This document shows positions 53,432 through 64,000 of a stretch of DNA of 64,000 bases, piece by piece. Both the position numbers and the translations under genes were made by a program. The notes below the pieces were generated by a model that was not told the DNA's origin, searched no databases, and saw nothing but the letters and a program-made list of their open reading frames with translations. This DNA is from an uncultured Clostridia bacterium (lineage in GTDB: Bacteria > Bacillota > Clostridia > TANB77 > CAG-508): assembly GCA_949948835.1 (NCBI GenBank), contig CATLHF010000008.1, positions 10,873 through 74,872 on the forward strand, in the 5' to 3' direction. Numbering within the stretch: position 1 is the first letter of the stretch; each line of letters opens with the position of its first letter.

Positions 53432-54796
53432 TTATTGATAGTCTTTCCCTAAAATTATGGTGTAATCTACTTTTGTGTTGTCTGATTTTGTAGTAATGGT
53501 TCCTACTTTCAAGATTTGTTTTAATTCATTTGATATGGTTGTTTTTTGATTGGTTTTATTGATAATGCTTGTCTTATTTGTAACAGTAGTATTTCCTGTT
53601 TTTACAATATTATAACCTTTGTTTTTTAATAATTTGGTTGCTTTTGAAAGATTGGCCGATTTTCCACTTCCATTTAATAGTTCAATTTGAATATCACTTT
53701 TGTCTTTATCTTTTGATGTTGTTGTTTGTTTATCTGTTTTGGTATCTCCTATTGTATTGGTATTTTCTTCTGAAGTTTCTTCTTCTTGCCCAAATAGTTC
53801 TTCTACAACCGTTTTGGTTTGTTTTTTATTGACTGTATAGATGGCTACTCGGTTTGCCATTTCTGGTACTCCTGGTAATACTCCTGTTTTTAAGTTTTCT
53901 GTACTAAAACTTACAGCATAAGGAATGTAATCTTTTACGGTATCAAATGTCATGTTGGTATTAATATTATTAAATGCAATTTCTGCAATTTTTGTTAATT
54001 TTAATACATTTTCTGGTTTTAGTGTTTGTTTCATTACTTCTGTCATAAATTCTCTTTGTGTTCTCATTCTTCCAATATCATTATCACCATATTCACTAGG
54101 ATATGAAGTTCCATTATTGTTGTGACGGAATCTTACAAGCCATTCTGCTTGTTGCCCATTTAGCTTTTGTGTTCCTGCTTTTAAATGAATATGCAAATTT
54201 TGTGTTGGGTCATCATAGTCCATATTGATTGGAACATTAAAGGTAACTCCGCCGATTGCATCTACTAATTCTTTTAGTGCATCTGTATCTACAATAAAAT
54301 AGTTTGGAATTTCAAGTTCTGTTATCTTTTCAATTGCTTCTATCATACCATCAATATTTTTTCCATTACGATAAACCGCATTTATTTTGTAACTTGCAGA
54401 TGCTTTTGCTTTGTTTGTTCCAACATAGGTATCTCTTGGAATTGATAAAATGGATGCTTTTTGTGTTTTTGGATTATATGAACATACCATAATCGTGTCT
54501 GCTAGTTTATAGTCTTCTTCACATCCACTAATTCCTACTAACAAAAAGTTGATTGGGTCTAAATCTTTTAAGGTGTTTTCATCATGCCCCATTGCAGCTG
54601 CTACAAATCCTTGTAATCCCCATCCGTTTTTTGCTACTTTATAGGTAAAAAGTCCAGCAAATATTAGGATAGCAAGTAGTAATAAAATCATTATTATTTT
54701 AAATATTTTCCATGCTTTACTTTGCTTTCTTCTTTCTTTTTTTTGTTTTTTATTTTTCTTTTTTTCTTCTTTTGTTTCTTGTTCTTTCCTTTTCAT
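53432..54796 (-). CDS. LCP (LytR-CpsA-Psr) family protein with LytR_C domain
   Basis: ADTIM, LSIPRDT, KINA, LVDAIGGV, VRFRH, DIGRMRTQR, IELLNGSG. Confidence 0.92.
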   Translation of the reverse strand: MKRKEQETKEEKKKNKKQKKERRKQSKAWKIFKIIMILLLLAILIFAGLFTYKVAKNGWGLQGFVAAAMGHDENTLKDLDPINFLLVGISGCEEDYKLADTIMVCSYNPKTQKASILSIPRDTYVGTNKAKASASYKINAVYRNGKNIDGMIEAIEKITELEIPNYFIVDTDALKELVDAIGGVTFNVPINMDYDDPTQNLHIHLKAGTQKLNGQQAEWLVRFRHNNNGTSYPSEYGDNDIGRMRTQREFMTEVMKQTLKPENVLKLTKIAEIAFNNINTNMTFDTVKDYIPYAVSFSTENLKTGVLPGVPEMANRVAIYTVNKKQTKTVVEELFGQEEETSEENTNTIGDTKTDKQTTTSKDKDKSDIQIELLNGSGKSANLSKATKLLKNKGYNIVKTGNTTVTNKTSIINKTNQKTTISNELKQILKVGTITTKSDNTKVDYTIILGKDYQ

Positions 54797-54867
54797 TTTT
54801 TCACTCCCATATTTTGTTTTATGTATGTTTTAGTATAGCAAATATTGGTGTAATTATCAACTCCTAT

Positions 54868-55530
54868 CTAGAAAAATATTCTTAAGATTATATTATGATT
54901 GTATAAAAATTTTGTAAGAATGGAGTGTTCGATACATTCTAGTAGTATTGTTTGATTTATCATTGGTAAGATAAAACTTGCAATGGCAAGAAGAACAAAT
55001 ATAAGAATAAGTCCTCTTAGAATACCATATAGAATTCCTCCCATTTCATTAAATTGTTTCACAACTGGTAGCTCTGCTACTGCTTCTAATATTACTTTAG
55101 CAAATAATAGTAGTAGTCTTGTTATTGTAAATATAATTAACATAGTTAGAATTTGTATGATGCTTTGTGTTAAGTTTTTTGCTATTATTTGTGAAACATT
55201 TTCTTGTGCTTGTTTTACAGTAGTTTCAATTCCGTCATTAATATAGTTTACAACAACTCCTGGTAGGTCTGTCTGGTCTTTATCTATTTTTTCTCCTTCT
55301 TCTATTTTGGTTCCTGATAGTTTTTCATAAATCGTATTTTCAATGGTTTCATCCCATGTGGTGTGTTCAATGATTATATTTGCTACAGGTTTATATAGAA
55401 TTAGTGTAATGATAATTGCAATAATAAATGATACGATTTTAAAGGCAACTCCGATGAGTCCTTTTTTATATCCTAAAAATGTGCTTAATAGAATTAATGC
55501 GATAACGATGATATCTAAAAAAATTGGCAT
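54868..55530 (-). CDS. CvpA (colicin V production) family membrane protein
   Basis: LDIIVIALILLSTFLGYKKGLI...NEMGGILYGILRG. Confidence 0.8.
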   Translation of the reverse strand: MPIFLDIIVIALILLSTFLGYKKGLIGVAFKIVSFIIAIIITLILYKPVANIIIEHTTWDETIENTIYEKLSGTKIEEGEKIDKDQTDLPGVVVNYINDGIETTVKQAQENVSQIIAKNLTQSIIQILTMLIIFTITRLLLLFAKVILEAVAELPVVKQFNEMGGILYGILRGLILIFVLLAIASFILPMINQTILLECIEHSILTKFLYNHNIILRIFF

Positions 55531-55543
55531 TGTTTTTCTCCTT

Positions 55544-56705
55544 TTATAAATTGATGATATCGATTTTGTCTTTGTATACAATTCCTGCTATTTTTTCTCC
55601 TAATACAATATCTTTTACTTCTTTTTCGGAAGTGTATTTTTTGGTTAGCCAACCATTGGTAGTAATAAAATGAATTTCACTTCCTAGGTTTAATGCAATA
55701 TGGTCTGCGTGAGTTTTAATATCTTTTACTGTTCCTTCTGCTATATAAATATTTTCTTTTTGTGTTGTTGTGTTTTTTAGGCTTACTTGTGTATTGCTAC
55801 TAAAAAGTCCTGTGTTTTTTTCTGTGGTATAGACTGCATAATTGTCTAGTTTGATACTAGCAAATGTGATTTTGTCGCTTGCAAAAGAGATTATTGGTTC
55901 ATCTTGGTCTTTATATAAGCTTCTAATTTCATTATCGTATATACTTACTAAATAATTTCTATCTTGATATTCTACGTTTTTAATGAGTTGTCCTGAAGTT
56001 ACATTATATATATCAATGACTGAATTGGTTGGGTCTTTTTGTGCTTTCTCAACTGATATGATTTTAATGCTCGATTGGATTAAAGTTCCTGTTGTGTTGA
56101 TTTCAGCAACAGCAAGATATTTATTGTCTTGTGATATACTGGTATCAAGTGCGATTGTGCTAGATAAATAAGTTTTAAATAGTTCTTTTCCTTGTGGGTT
56201 ATAAGTGGCAATTACAGTTTTATAACTACTTCCTGCTATAATCACAGAAACATATCCATTTTTATTGATGTTTACTTTTTGAATTTGTCCTTCAATTTCT
56301 TTTTGCCATATAATATTTCCATCTGCTATTTGGTATAAGTTTTGTCCGTTTTTTTGTGCTACTACTAAGAATCGATTGTTGGATGCGTATAAGGCATCAC
56401 TTACGTTAATTTCTAATTCTTGTTCTTTTCTTCCGTGATGAGTTATATAAATTTAATTTGTTCTTATTTAAAATGGTAATATATTTATCAAATGCATATA
56501 TACTTGGATTTTCTTCTTCACGAATATCGATACTGGTTGCTTTATTTTCCGTAATTTCTTTTCTTAGGATGTAACGATCAAAAAAAGTTCTGAAATTTCT
56601 GTTTCCGATATAAAACCCAATTGATGTTACAATGAATACTACTACAATTATCCCAATGATTAGCATCATTTTTTTCTTTTTTTCTTTTTCTATATTAAGC
56701 TTCAT
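55544..56705 (-). CDS. Membrane-anchored beta-propeller-like protein (DUF5711-like); ~386 aa via +1 shift at CGGA 56432-56435
   Basis: LNLYNSS-G-RKEQELEINVSD... stays open for about 60 codons into ORF 55544-56245; parallel internal repeat 'TYNPQGKELF'. Confidence 0.75.
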
Positions 56706-56765
56706 TTTTTTCTCCTTTCATTACTTCTTTTATATCAGTTTTTATGCTTTTTTTCAAGCTGTTTT

Positions 56766-57777
56766 TTATGTCTTTTTTAAGATTAGTATCATTTGTATTA
56801 ATCCTAATATTCCAAAGATAGGATATAAGAGGTTAATCAGTGTTGAAAATCCAATATTGGAAATAAAAAATGCAATGATGCACATGATGATACTATTTGT
56901 TTTATATTGGTTTGGATTGGTCTGGTATTTTTCTAAAAATGCATATCCCGCTGACACTGCTGAAGTATAAATGGATACTAAGATAATAATTCCATACATC
57001 ATTTTATAACCTTTTTGCATCATTCCTGCTACATATACTGTTGGTAGTTCTAGTTGATTAATGTCTATATCTACTTTTAGTAGTAATCCAAAAATAGATA
57101 CGGCAAGAAGAGTTAAAATAATAATACAAAAAATCGATACTGCCATAAAATGTGATTTTTGTTTTAATTTTTTTTGTAATGGTAGTAAAATTGGAATGAG
57201 TAGAATGCTATTATAACTTGTATAAAGAATAGCATCCCATATTGCTTTTAGAATGGATGTCTCTTTTGTTGGCTGTTGTATGTATGAAAATACTTCTATG
57301 TTTTTTACGGTTAATAACAATATAGATGAAATTAGTATTGGAACTAATATGGTGTTGATTTTCATGAGTCCTTCGATGTTCCCCATTAGAATAATATAGC
57401 ATAATATTACAATAATGGTAGTTCCTATATAAGTTGGTAATCCCCATTCTTGTGAAAAATAGGCACTAAATCCTGCTACCATAATATAAAATGAAATTAA
57501 TAAAAATATTTGAATTACCATTTGTATGATGTTTTCTATGTTTTTGTTTAGGTGGAAAGAATGAATTAGTTGCTCATAATTTTGAATGTTTTTTTTCTTT
57601 GCTATCACGAATACTTTATATATAAGCATTCCCATTAGAATAGAGGATATCAAAATTCCTATGATGCCATATATATGATATTGCCCAAAAAATAAATAGA
57701 TTTCTTTTCCGTGACGCGAATCCTGCACCAATAATGGTTCCTATAATGACAAAAATAACATTTCGTATTTGTTTCAT
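56766..57777 (-). CDS. YkvI-family membrane protein; ~336 aa via +1 shift at CGGA 57708-57711
   Basis: GGGAGG RBS and ATG 57777; the shift restores IGTIIGAGFAS-G-KEIYLFF; also YTSYN, SIYTSA, LYPIFG. Confidence 0.85.
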
Positions 57778-57822
57778 AAAAAACCTCCCATGTGTTATTT
57801 TATGAGAGGTTTTTGGTTTTTA

Positions 57823-59287
57823 TTATTTTTTCTTTTTACGAACCATCCACACAATAATTCCTATTATAATGATACAAATCGGAAATATGGTAATGGCAAT
57901 TCGTATCATTTTGTCTTGTGCTTCGGTTGCAGTATAGGTAACAACTCCTGTGTCTTTTCGAATGGATATTGCGTTTTCATTTTCGGTTAATTCTGCAATG
58001 GTGTTTAAAATATAATCTTTGTTGTTATAAAAGGTAATTGGTGGTACTTTTGTATTTCCAATGGTTACTTCATAATCTGCTATAAAAAAGTTATTTGAAA
58101 TCGCATATAAAGTTGCTTGTTTTTTATTTTGTTCTTCTTCTTGACTTTGTATTGTTTTAGTTAATTTTACTCCTAATAAGAAACTGCCTTCTTCATCGGA
58201 TTCTATTTTTGAGGAAGATGTGTTTGAAACTTCGGTTCGAAATAGTGCTGTATCAGAAGTTGTTACTATGACTTGTGATGTGACTTGTAATTTTTCTAGC
58301 TCTTCATCGGTTCCTAATTTTATTTTTGTTGCGTTTACAAATAGAATGCCTCCGTCGGTTGCAATGTCTTTTGTAGCATTGGTTGTAGCAATGTCTGGTA
58401 TGATATAGTTTGGAGATTGTAATGCCATTTTGTTTTCATCTTGTTCTAATATAATTCCATCTTGAAAGGTAACGCCAAATTGGTTTAGTATTTTTTGCAT
58501 ATTGGGAAAGTTTTCTTTGGTAAGAAGTGGGTCATTTAGCCATAATATCTTTCCGCCTTGGTTAATATAGTTTATCATGTTTTCTACTTCTTGTTCCATA
58601 AAATCTTTCCCTGGGCTCCCTATTACTACTAGGTTAGCATCTTCTGGAACCTTTCCTGTTACTAATAAATCAAGTGTCGCAATGTCATTTACTTCGTTTA
58701 TTAAATATGCTTTTAACATGCTAAGTTCACTATTTAGGTTGTATTCATTATGCCCTGTTAAGAAATAAATTTTGGGTCTTTCTTCTTTGGTTAAATCCAC
58801 GATTGCATTGGTTATTTTTTCTTCTGATATATCAATTTGCTGATAAGTTGTATAGTCATAGGTATATAACTCATCTGCCGTTAGTATCTTGCTATTTTCA
58901 TTGGTTTTTATAATCATGATTTGTGTTTCATCGGTTAAGTTGTATGTTGATTTTAAGTCTGCTCTTTGGTTGATATCTTCTGTAATTTCTATTTTTATGT
59001 TTTCATTTGCTTTTGTATATTGTTTGGCAAGGTCTACTAAGGATATATTCTCATTAAATCCAACAAAATGAATGGTCACTTCTTTGTGTATATCTTGTAC
59101 TTGTTTTTTGGACGCTTCTGATAGCGTAAATAGTTGATTTCCGTGTCACATCAATATCTGATATGTCTAGTTTTTGAATAAAAATATTGATACTAATAAA
59201 TATCGCAAAAAGAATTACAATAAGAATAGCAGTTCTTGTGGTATCTTTTAGCCATTTTTTTTGAATCATTTCGATTAATTTTTTCAC
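57823..59287 (-). CDS. GldG-like ABC transporter auxiliary protein; ~487 aa via +1 shift at CGGA 59140-59143
   Basis: N-terminal TM helix, DIDVT-G-NQLFTLSEASK, EEKITNAI, IYFLTGHNE, YINQGGK, C-terminal TM helix. Confidence 0.85.
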
Positions 59288-59302
59288 TTTTCTTACTCCT
59301 TT

Positions 59303-59983
59303 CTATTTTATACTTTTTCTTCTTTGTAATACAATAATGGTAAGTATCGTAAAAAAGATGGTAAAAGTAATATATGTTGCAATTTCTTGGATGGCAATTA
59401 ATCCAGATGGAAATTTATCAAACATATTGATTAACGAAAGTGGAGTAAGTATTTCATTAAAGTTTGGTAAAAACCATGTGATGATAAAAAATCCAATGGT
59501 GATAACTCCCGCTATAATTTGGTTTTCGGTTATACTAGATGCAAACATTCCAAATGATATGTATGCCATACTTAGCATAAAAAAGCCAAATAGGGTTACC
59601 ATTACTGTTTGGATATGAGGTGTCCCAAAACAGTAAAGAATCGCCAAATAGAATAAGGTGCAAATTTCTGTAATGATAATCACAATCATACTAGCAAAAA
59701 ATTTTCCAAGTACAATACTTGTGATACTTCTTGGAGAAGTATATAATAACATTTCTGTTCCATTTTTTCGTTCTTCTGCAAACATTCTCATAGTTAAAAT
59801 TGGTACAATAAAGGTTAAAATTGTAGAAGCAGAATAAAACATGTTTTCAAATTGTAGACTTCCATAATAGGCAACGTCTAGATAGAAAAATACACTACAC
59901 ATTGCTAGAAATAGTCCTATAAATACATATCCTATTGGTGATAGAAAATAGGTTTTCACTTCTTTTTTTATAATTGCCCACAT
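59303..59983 (-). CDS. ABC-2 type permease (GldF-like)
   Basis: KEVKTYFLSPIGY, PILTMRMFAEERKNGTEMLL, IVLGKF, SSITENQIIA. Confidence 0.9.
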   Translation of the reverse strand: MWAIIKKEVKTYFLSPIGYVFIGLFLAMCSVFFYLDVAYYGSLQFENMFYSASTILTFIVPILTMRMFAEERKNGTEMLLYTSPRSITSIVLGKFFASMIVIIITEICTLFYLAILYCFGTPHIQTVMVTLFGFFMLSMAYISFGMFASSITENQIIAGVITIGFFIITWFLPNFNEILTPLSLINMFDKFPSGLIAIQEIATYITFTIFFTILTIIVLQRRKSIK

Positions 59984-60936
59984 TCGTTTTCTCCCTCCTC
60001 ATCTTGTTTTTGGATTAATTCCATAAAAGCATCCTCTAAGGTTGCTTCTGTTTTTTTTAGTTCAAAAATTGTTATTTCTTCTTTGGCGCATTTTGCGAAT
60101 AATTCTTTCCTAATGTCTATGTTTTGTTCTGAACGTATTGTATATTCTTTTGTTCCATCTTCATTATCTTGTATAAAATTAATTTGTTTAATTCCTTTAA
60201 TGTTTTTTGCGATTTCATGTATTTTGTCTTGTTTATCTTCTATGATAAGTTTTATTTGATTTTCCTGTTTTACTTTATTTTCTAAATTCTGTGGTGTATC
60301 AATTGCAATGATTTTCCCTTGATTGATAATAATTACTTTTTGGCATATTTGGCTTACTTCTGATAATATATGGGAACTTAAAATAATGGTATGTTTTTTT
60401 CCTAAAGATTTAATTAATTCTCTTATTTGAGTAATTTGTTTTGGATCTAATCCTACTGTTGGTTCATCTAATATTAGTAGCTTCGGATTTGATACCAATG
60501 CTCCTGCTAAGCTAACTCGTTGTTTATATCCTCTTGATAAATTTTTAATTAATTTATTTTGTACTTCTTCTAAATTTGTTTGATTCATCACGTCTTGAAT
60601 TCTGTTCTTTTTTTCTGTTTTTGGTACTCTTTTTAAATCTGCCATATAACTTATAAATTCTTTTACCGTTAAATCAGAATAAAGTGGGATTCCTTCTGGC
60701 ATATAACCAATTTGTTCTTTTGCTTTTTGGGCCTTTTTTACAATATCATATCCACCTATTATAATTTCTCCTTCTGTTGGTTCAATAAATCCTGTCATCA
60801 TATTCATTGTGGTACTTTTTCCTGCACCATTTGGACCTAACAGACCTATAATTTCTCCTTTTTTTATTGAAAAACTAATATCCTCTACTGCGATAAAATC
60901 CCCATACTTTTTCGTCACATTTTTTACTTCTATCAA
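59968..60936 (-). CDS. ABC transporter ATP-binding protein (GldA-like)
   Basis: GPNGAGKST, LSRGYKQR, ILDEPT, SSH. Confidence 0.95.
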   Translation of the reverse strand: MIEVKNVTKKYGDFIAVEDISFSIKKGEIIGLLGPNGAGKSTTMNMMTGFIEPTEGEIIIGGYDIVKKAQKAKEQIGYMPEGIPLYSDLTVKEFISYMADLKRVPKTEKKNRIQDVMNQTNLEEVQNKLIKNLSRGYKQRVSLAGALVSNPKLLILDEPTVGLDPKQITQIRELIKSLGKKHTIILSSHILSEVSQICQKVIIINQGKIIAIDTPQNLENKVKQENQIKLIIEDKQDKIHEIAKNIKGIKQINFIQDNEDGTKEYTIRSEQNIDIRKELFAKCAKEEITIFELKKTEATLEDAFMELIQKQDEEGENECGQL

Positions 60937-61153
60937 ATTTTCCTTCCTCCTTCAAAAACGAAGCTCTTGTACTCTTCACCCTTCGCTTTTCACTTTTTAC
61001 GATATTATCACGTCTATTTTATAAATTCAACATTTCTTCCCCAGTTCACAGAAAATTCACAATTCTTACGGCTGTCTAATTTTGCCGTTTTTTGTAAGTG
61101 TCATATTTTTTGTTTTTTAGAATACTTATAGGGTACATGTTAGGAGTGTTTTT

Positions 61154-61774
61154 ATGGATTCTTTATACCCTTTTTTAATTGCATTTTCTCTTATTTTCCT
61201 ATCCGAATTGGGAGATAAAACGCAATTATTAGTCTTATCTTTTTCTTCTAAGTTAAAAAGCTATACTATTTTACTTGGGGTTGCACTAGGTTCTTTTTTT
61301 AGCCATGGTATTGCCATCTTATTTGGTAGCACACTTGGTAGTTTAGAAAATCCTCTTATTCACACAATGTTACGATTTTTAACTTATCTTTCTTTTATCT
61401 TTTTTGGTATGATTACGATTTTACAAAAAGAAGATAGTGATTCTACTTCTTCTACAAAGAATGGCTTTTTACATAAACTTTCTCATTTATCAATTGGCTA
61501 CATTCTAATGATTGCTTTTAGTATTGCTATTGGTGAATTAGGAGATAAGACGTTCTTGGCTTCTCTTGGACTTGGTATTAGTTATCCTTATGCTAAATTT
61601 TTATTAATCCTTGGAGCAATTTTAGGAATGGTTGTAAGTGATAGCATTGCTATTTTATTTGGAAAATTGTTAACTCATAAAATTTCTGAAAAAACAATGA
61701 ATATATTATCTGGCGTTTTGTTTTTAATTTTTGGCATGATTGGGTTTATTTCTTTTTTTGCACAGATTTTTTAA
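61154..61774 (+). CDS. TMEM165/GDT1 (UPF0016) Mn/Ca transporter
   Basis: Two ELGDKT motifs, six TM helices. Confidence 0.92.
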   Translation: MDSLYPFLIAFSLIFLSELGDKTQLLVLSFSSKLKSYTILLGVALGSFFSHGIAILFGSTLGSLENPLIHTMLRFLTYLSFIFFGMITILQKEDSDSTSSTKNGFLHKLSHLSIGYILMIAFSIAIGELGDKTFLASLGLGISYPYAKFLLILGAILGMVVSDSIAILFGKLLTHKISEKTMNILSGVLFLIFGMIGFISFFAQIF

Positions 61775-61817
61775 CCAAAGGCACCCTATCATTATTGATG
61801 ATAGGGTGCTTTTGGTT
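61773..61817. terminator. Bidirectional terminator
   Basis: AACCAAAGGCACCCTATCAT...ATGATAGGGTGCTTTTGGTT. Confidence 0.8.
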
Positions 61818-61829
61818 TGTTATGACAAG

Positions 61830-61940
61830 TTAAGATAATCTGTATTTTGTGTTGTCTTTTACAACATCTTTTCCTAATTCCTGTGTTACATTCTCGGAGT
61901 ATAAAATTGTCCGTTTCTTAAGGTTTTGAATTCTTGTCAT
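61830..61940 (-). CDS. Possible 36-aa peptide downstream of the beta-CASP gene
   Basis: GGAGG RBS, MTRIQNLKKRTILYSENVTQELGKDVVKDNTKYRLS. Confidence 0.3.
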   Translation of the reverse strand: MTRIQNLKKRTILYSENVTQELGKDVVKDNTKYRLS

Positions 61941-61978
61941 AATTACCTCCTTTTTTGTATCTTACAAGATACATAGAA

Positions 61979-63394
61979 TTATTGTTCAAATTTTGTCGAT
62001 AAAGTTTTTACTAACCCATATGAATCAACTCTAAAAAAGTATTGTCTTCCGAGTAATCCAACATTTTTAGTATCTACTTCTTCTACGAGCCGCTTGGCAA
62101 ACGTTTTTTTTGCTTCGATTTCTCCATGATTGATTAAAATTAATTTTAAATCTTTAAACTGTTTTAAAAATTCAATCATTTCATCTGCTTTTGCATGTGC
62201 AGAATATTCTGTTGTATATTCTACATCTGCTTTTTTCTTTACCATCAAGCCTCTCACTTCTACTGTATCGCCATATTTCGTTTCCTTTAACCGATTTCCC
62301 ATTGTTCCTTCGGCTGTATATCCTGTGAAATGTATTAATGCTCCTTCTCTTGATATATATTCTGGTATATATGTTTGAGCAGGTCCATATGATCCCATTC
62401 CAGAAGTTGTAAGAATAATCTTCTTCTTATCCGTTAAAACTTCCTTTCTATTTGCCTTATCAACAAAAGTCAAATTTTGAGGAAGAAAATCGTTCATCTC
62501 CAGTTTAATATCCAGTCCATCTCTAATATATAAATTAGTATATTTAATTGCTAATCTTCCATCAAGATAGATTGGTATGTCACTATTGAGTTCTCCTTCC
62601 TTTTGCATTTTTTTTAATTCATACAAAATTTCTTGTGCTCTTCCCAATGAAAATACTGGTACAAGCACTGTGTTATCATTATTTATGCACTTTTTTATAT
62701 TGTCCTGAAAACATTTAGTCATCATACTCGAATCTATATCCCCATAAGTCGATTCTTGTATTACCGTTAAAGGTAATTGTAAAATCCATTTGGGAATTGG
62801 ATCAATATCCAGAAATATATTCTTGTTGTTATAATCTCCTGTGAATAATAAGTTAATATCTTCATATTGTGGATAACTAATTTGGACAAGAATAAGAGCT
62901 GCGCCTACAATGTGTCCATTATTTAAAAAAGTAACACTTATATTGTTGTGAACTTTTATGGTTTCATTGTATTTGCATGCTTTTAATAATGATAATGTTT
63001 TATCAACATCTATATCTGAATATAAACATTTATCATTATTTCTCTTGGCTACTGATTTCAGAACTTTAGAACTATCCGTTAGCGCCAACGGCAACAATTT
63101 ACATGTTGTTTCTGTTGCATAAATAGGTTTGCAAAAGCCTTTTTTAACCATATATGGTAATCTTCCAATATGGTCGATGTGAACATGTGTTACTAAAGAA
63201 AACTCAACATTTTCTGGATGAAATGGCAATACTGAATTTAATTCGTTATATTCCTTTTCTTGAAACAACCCACAGTCTACTACAAACCGCAACGTGTCTC
63301 CATTCGGAAATTTAGCAATTACAAGATTACATGAACCTGTAACCTCTTCGTGCATTGCCATTACATCTACATAGAACCGACATTTTTTTCCCAT
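61979..63394 (-). CDS. MBL-fold beta-CASP ribonuclease
   Basis: VTGSC, VDCGLFQ, THVHIDHIG, GHIVGA, FTGDY, QESTYG, PVFSLGRAQE, YSAHA, NHGE. Confidence 0.9.
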   Translation of the reverse strand: MGKKCRFYVDVMAMHEEVTGSCNLVIAKFPNGDTLRFVVDCGLFQEKEYNELNSVLPFHPENVEFSLVTHVHIDHIGRLPYMVKKGFCKPIYATETTCKLLPLALTDSSKVLKSVAKRNNDKCLYSDIDVDKTLSLLKACKYNETIKVHNNISVTFLNNGHIVGAALILVQISYPQYEDINLLFTGDYNNKNIFLDIDPIPKWILQLPLTVIQESTYGDIDSSMMTKCFQDNIKKCINNDNTVLVPVFSLGRAQEILYELKKMQKEGELNSDIPIYLDGRLAIKYTNLYIRDGLDIKLEMNDFLPQNLTFVDKANRKEVLTDKKKIILTTSGMGSYGPAQTYIPEYISREGALIHFTGYTAEGTMGNRLKETKYGDTVEVRGLMVKKKADVEYTTEYSAHAKADEMIEFLKQFKDLKLILINHGEIEAKKTFAKRLVEEVDTKNVGLLGRQYFFRVDSYGLVKTLSTKFEQ

Positions 63395-63571
63395 ATTAAT
63401 TCCCTCCATTAAATTATTTTATTCAATGCCTTATGTTTACTTGTAATATAATTAGTTTACCATTTTTTAATATTTATGTCAATTGTATAGGTTAATTTTG
63501 TTATATTTGACAATACCTTCTTTAGCTTGTATAATTACTTTGTATTTATTTTAATTAAGAAAGGAATTATT

Positions 63572-63862
63572 ATGACAAGTAAACAAAGAGCTTATTTACG
63601 TGGTTTAGCAAATCCATTAACTGCTATTTTACAAATTGGGAAAAATGGTTTAAATGACAATTTAGTAAAACAGGTGGATGATGCTTTGGAGTGCCGTGAA
63701 TTAATTAAACTATCTGTTTTAGAAACAGTTCCAGATGAAAAGCGTGTTCTTGCAGAGGAACTTGCTTCTTCTACCAATTCTTTTTTAGTACAAGTTTTAG
63801 GAAATAAAATTACTTTATATCGTGCTAAAAAGAAGGATGCTAAAATTCAATTACCAGAATAG
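63572..63862 (+). CDS. yhbY: CRM-domain RNA-binding protein YhbY
   Basis: MTSKQRAYLRGLA, QIGKNG, ALECRELIK, VQVLGNKITLYR. Confidence 0.95.
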   Translation: MTSKQRAYLRGLANPLTAILQIGKNGLNDNLVKQVDDALECRELIKLSVLETVPDEKRVLAEELASSTNSFLVQVLGNKITLYRAKKKDAKIQLPE

Positions 63863-64000
63863 GAAATAAAGTTATGTTATATATAAAAGAGGAAAAACTA
63901 AAACAAATTTCATTAACTTCTAATAATTTTGCTGTATTAATTGATTTTGATAAAACAATGACAACAATGGATAGTGATGATTCTTGGACTATTATCCAAA

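Noticed and set aside
61830-61940. In-frame CGGA (61910-61913) in a tiny ORF as a tenth shift site
   Set aside because: Both readings give only short peptides with no recognisable homology, so it is uninformative.

Overview
An AT-rich chromosomal segment from a Clostridia-like Firmicute, with most genes on the minus strand. The left end (1-13 kb) holds a conjugation/type IV secretion-like cluster: three TrbC/VirB2-type pilins, PrgI, VirB4, a VirB6-like protein and a glucosaminidase+M15 peptidase wall hydrolase. Housekeeping genes follow (lgt, M16 peptidases, rpsU, prs, nrdDG, ftsH, tilS, dnaB, rplI, gdpP, rpoBC, sigH, rdgB, tRNA-fMet, comEA, dac, rsfS, ABC transporter, yhbY), with a few accessory cassettes. 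Main observation: eight otherwise intact genes are split by nine +1 frame breaks. Each break can be placed at an in-frame CGG codon, where skipping the C gives a GGN Gly codon and rejoins the downstream ORF, often restoring a conserved family motif. A manual scan found no in-frame CGG in the core housekeeping genes, but three accessory genes carry read-through CGG. This suggests a genome-wide recoding rule (CGG-triggered +1 frameshifting, or 4-base CGGN read as Gly). A systematic sequencing error still has to be excluded.
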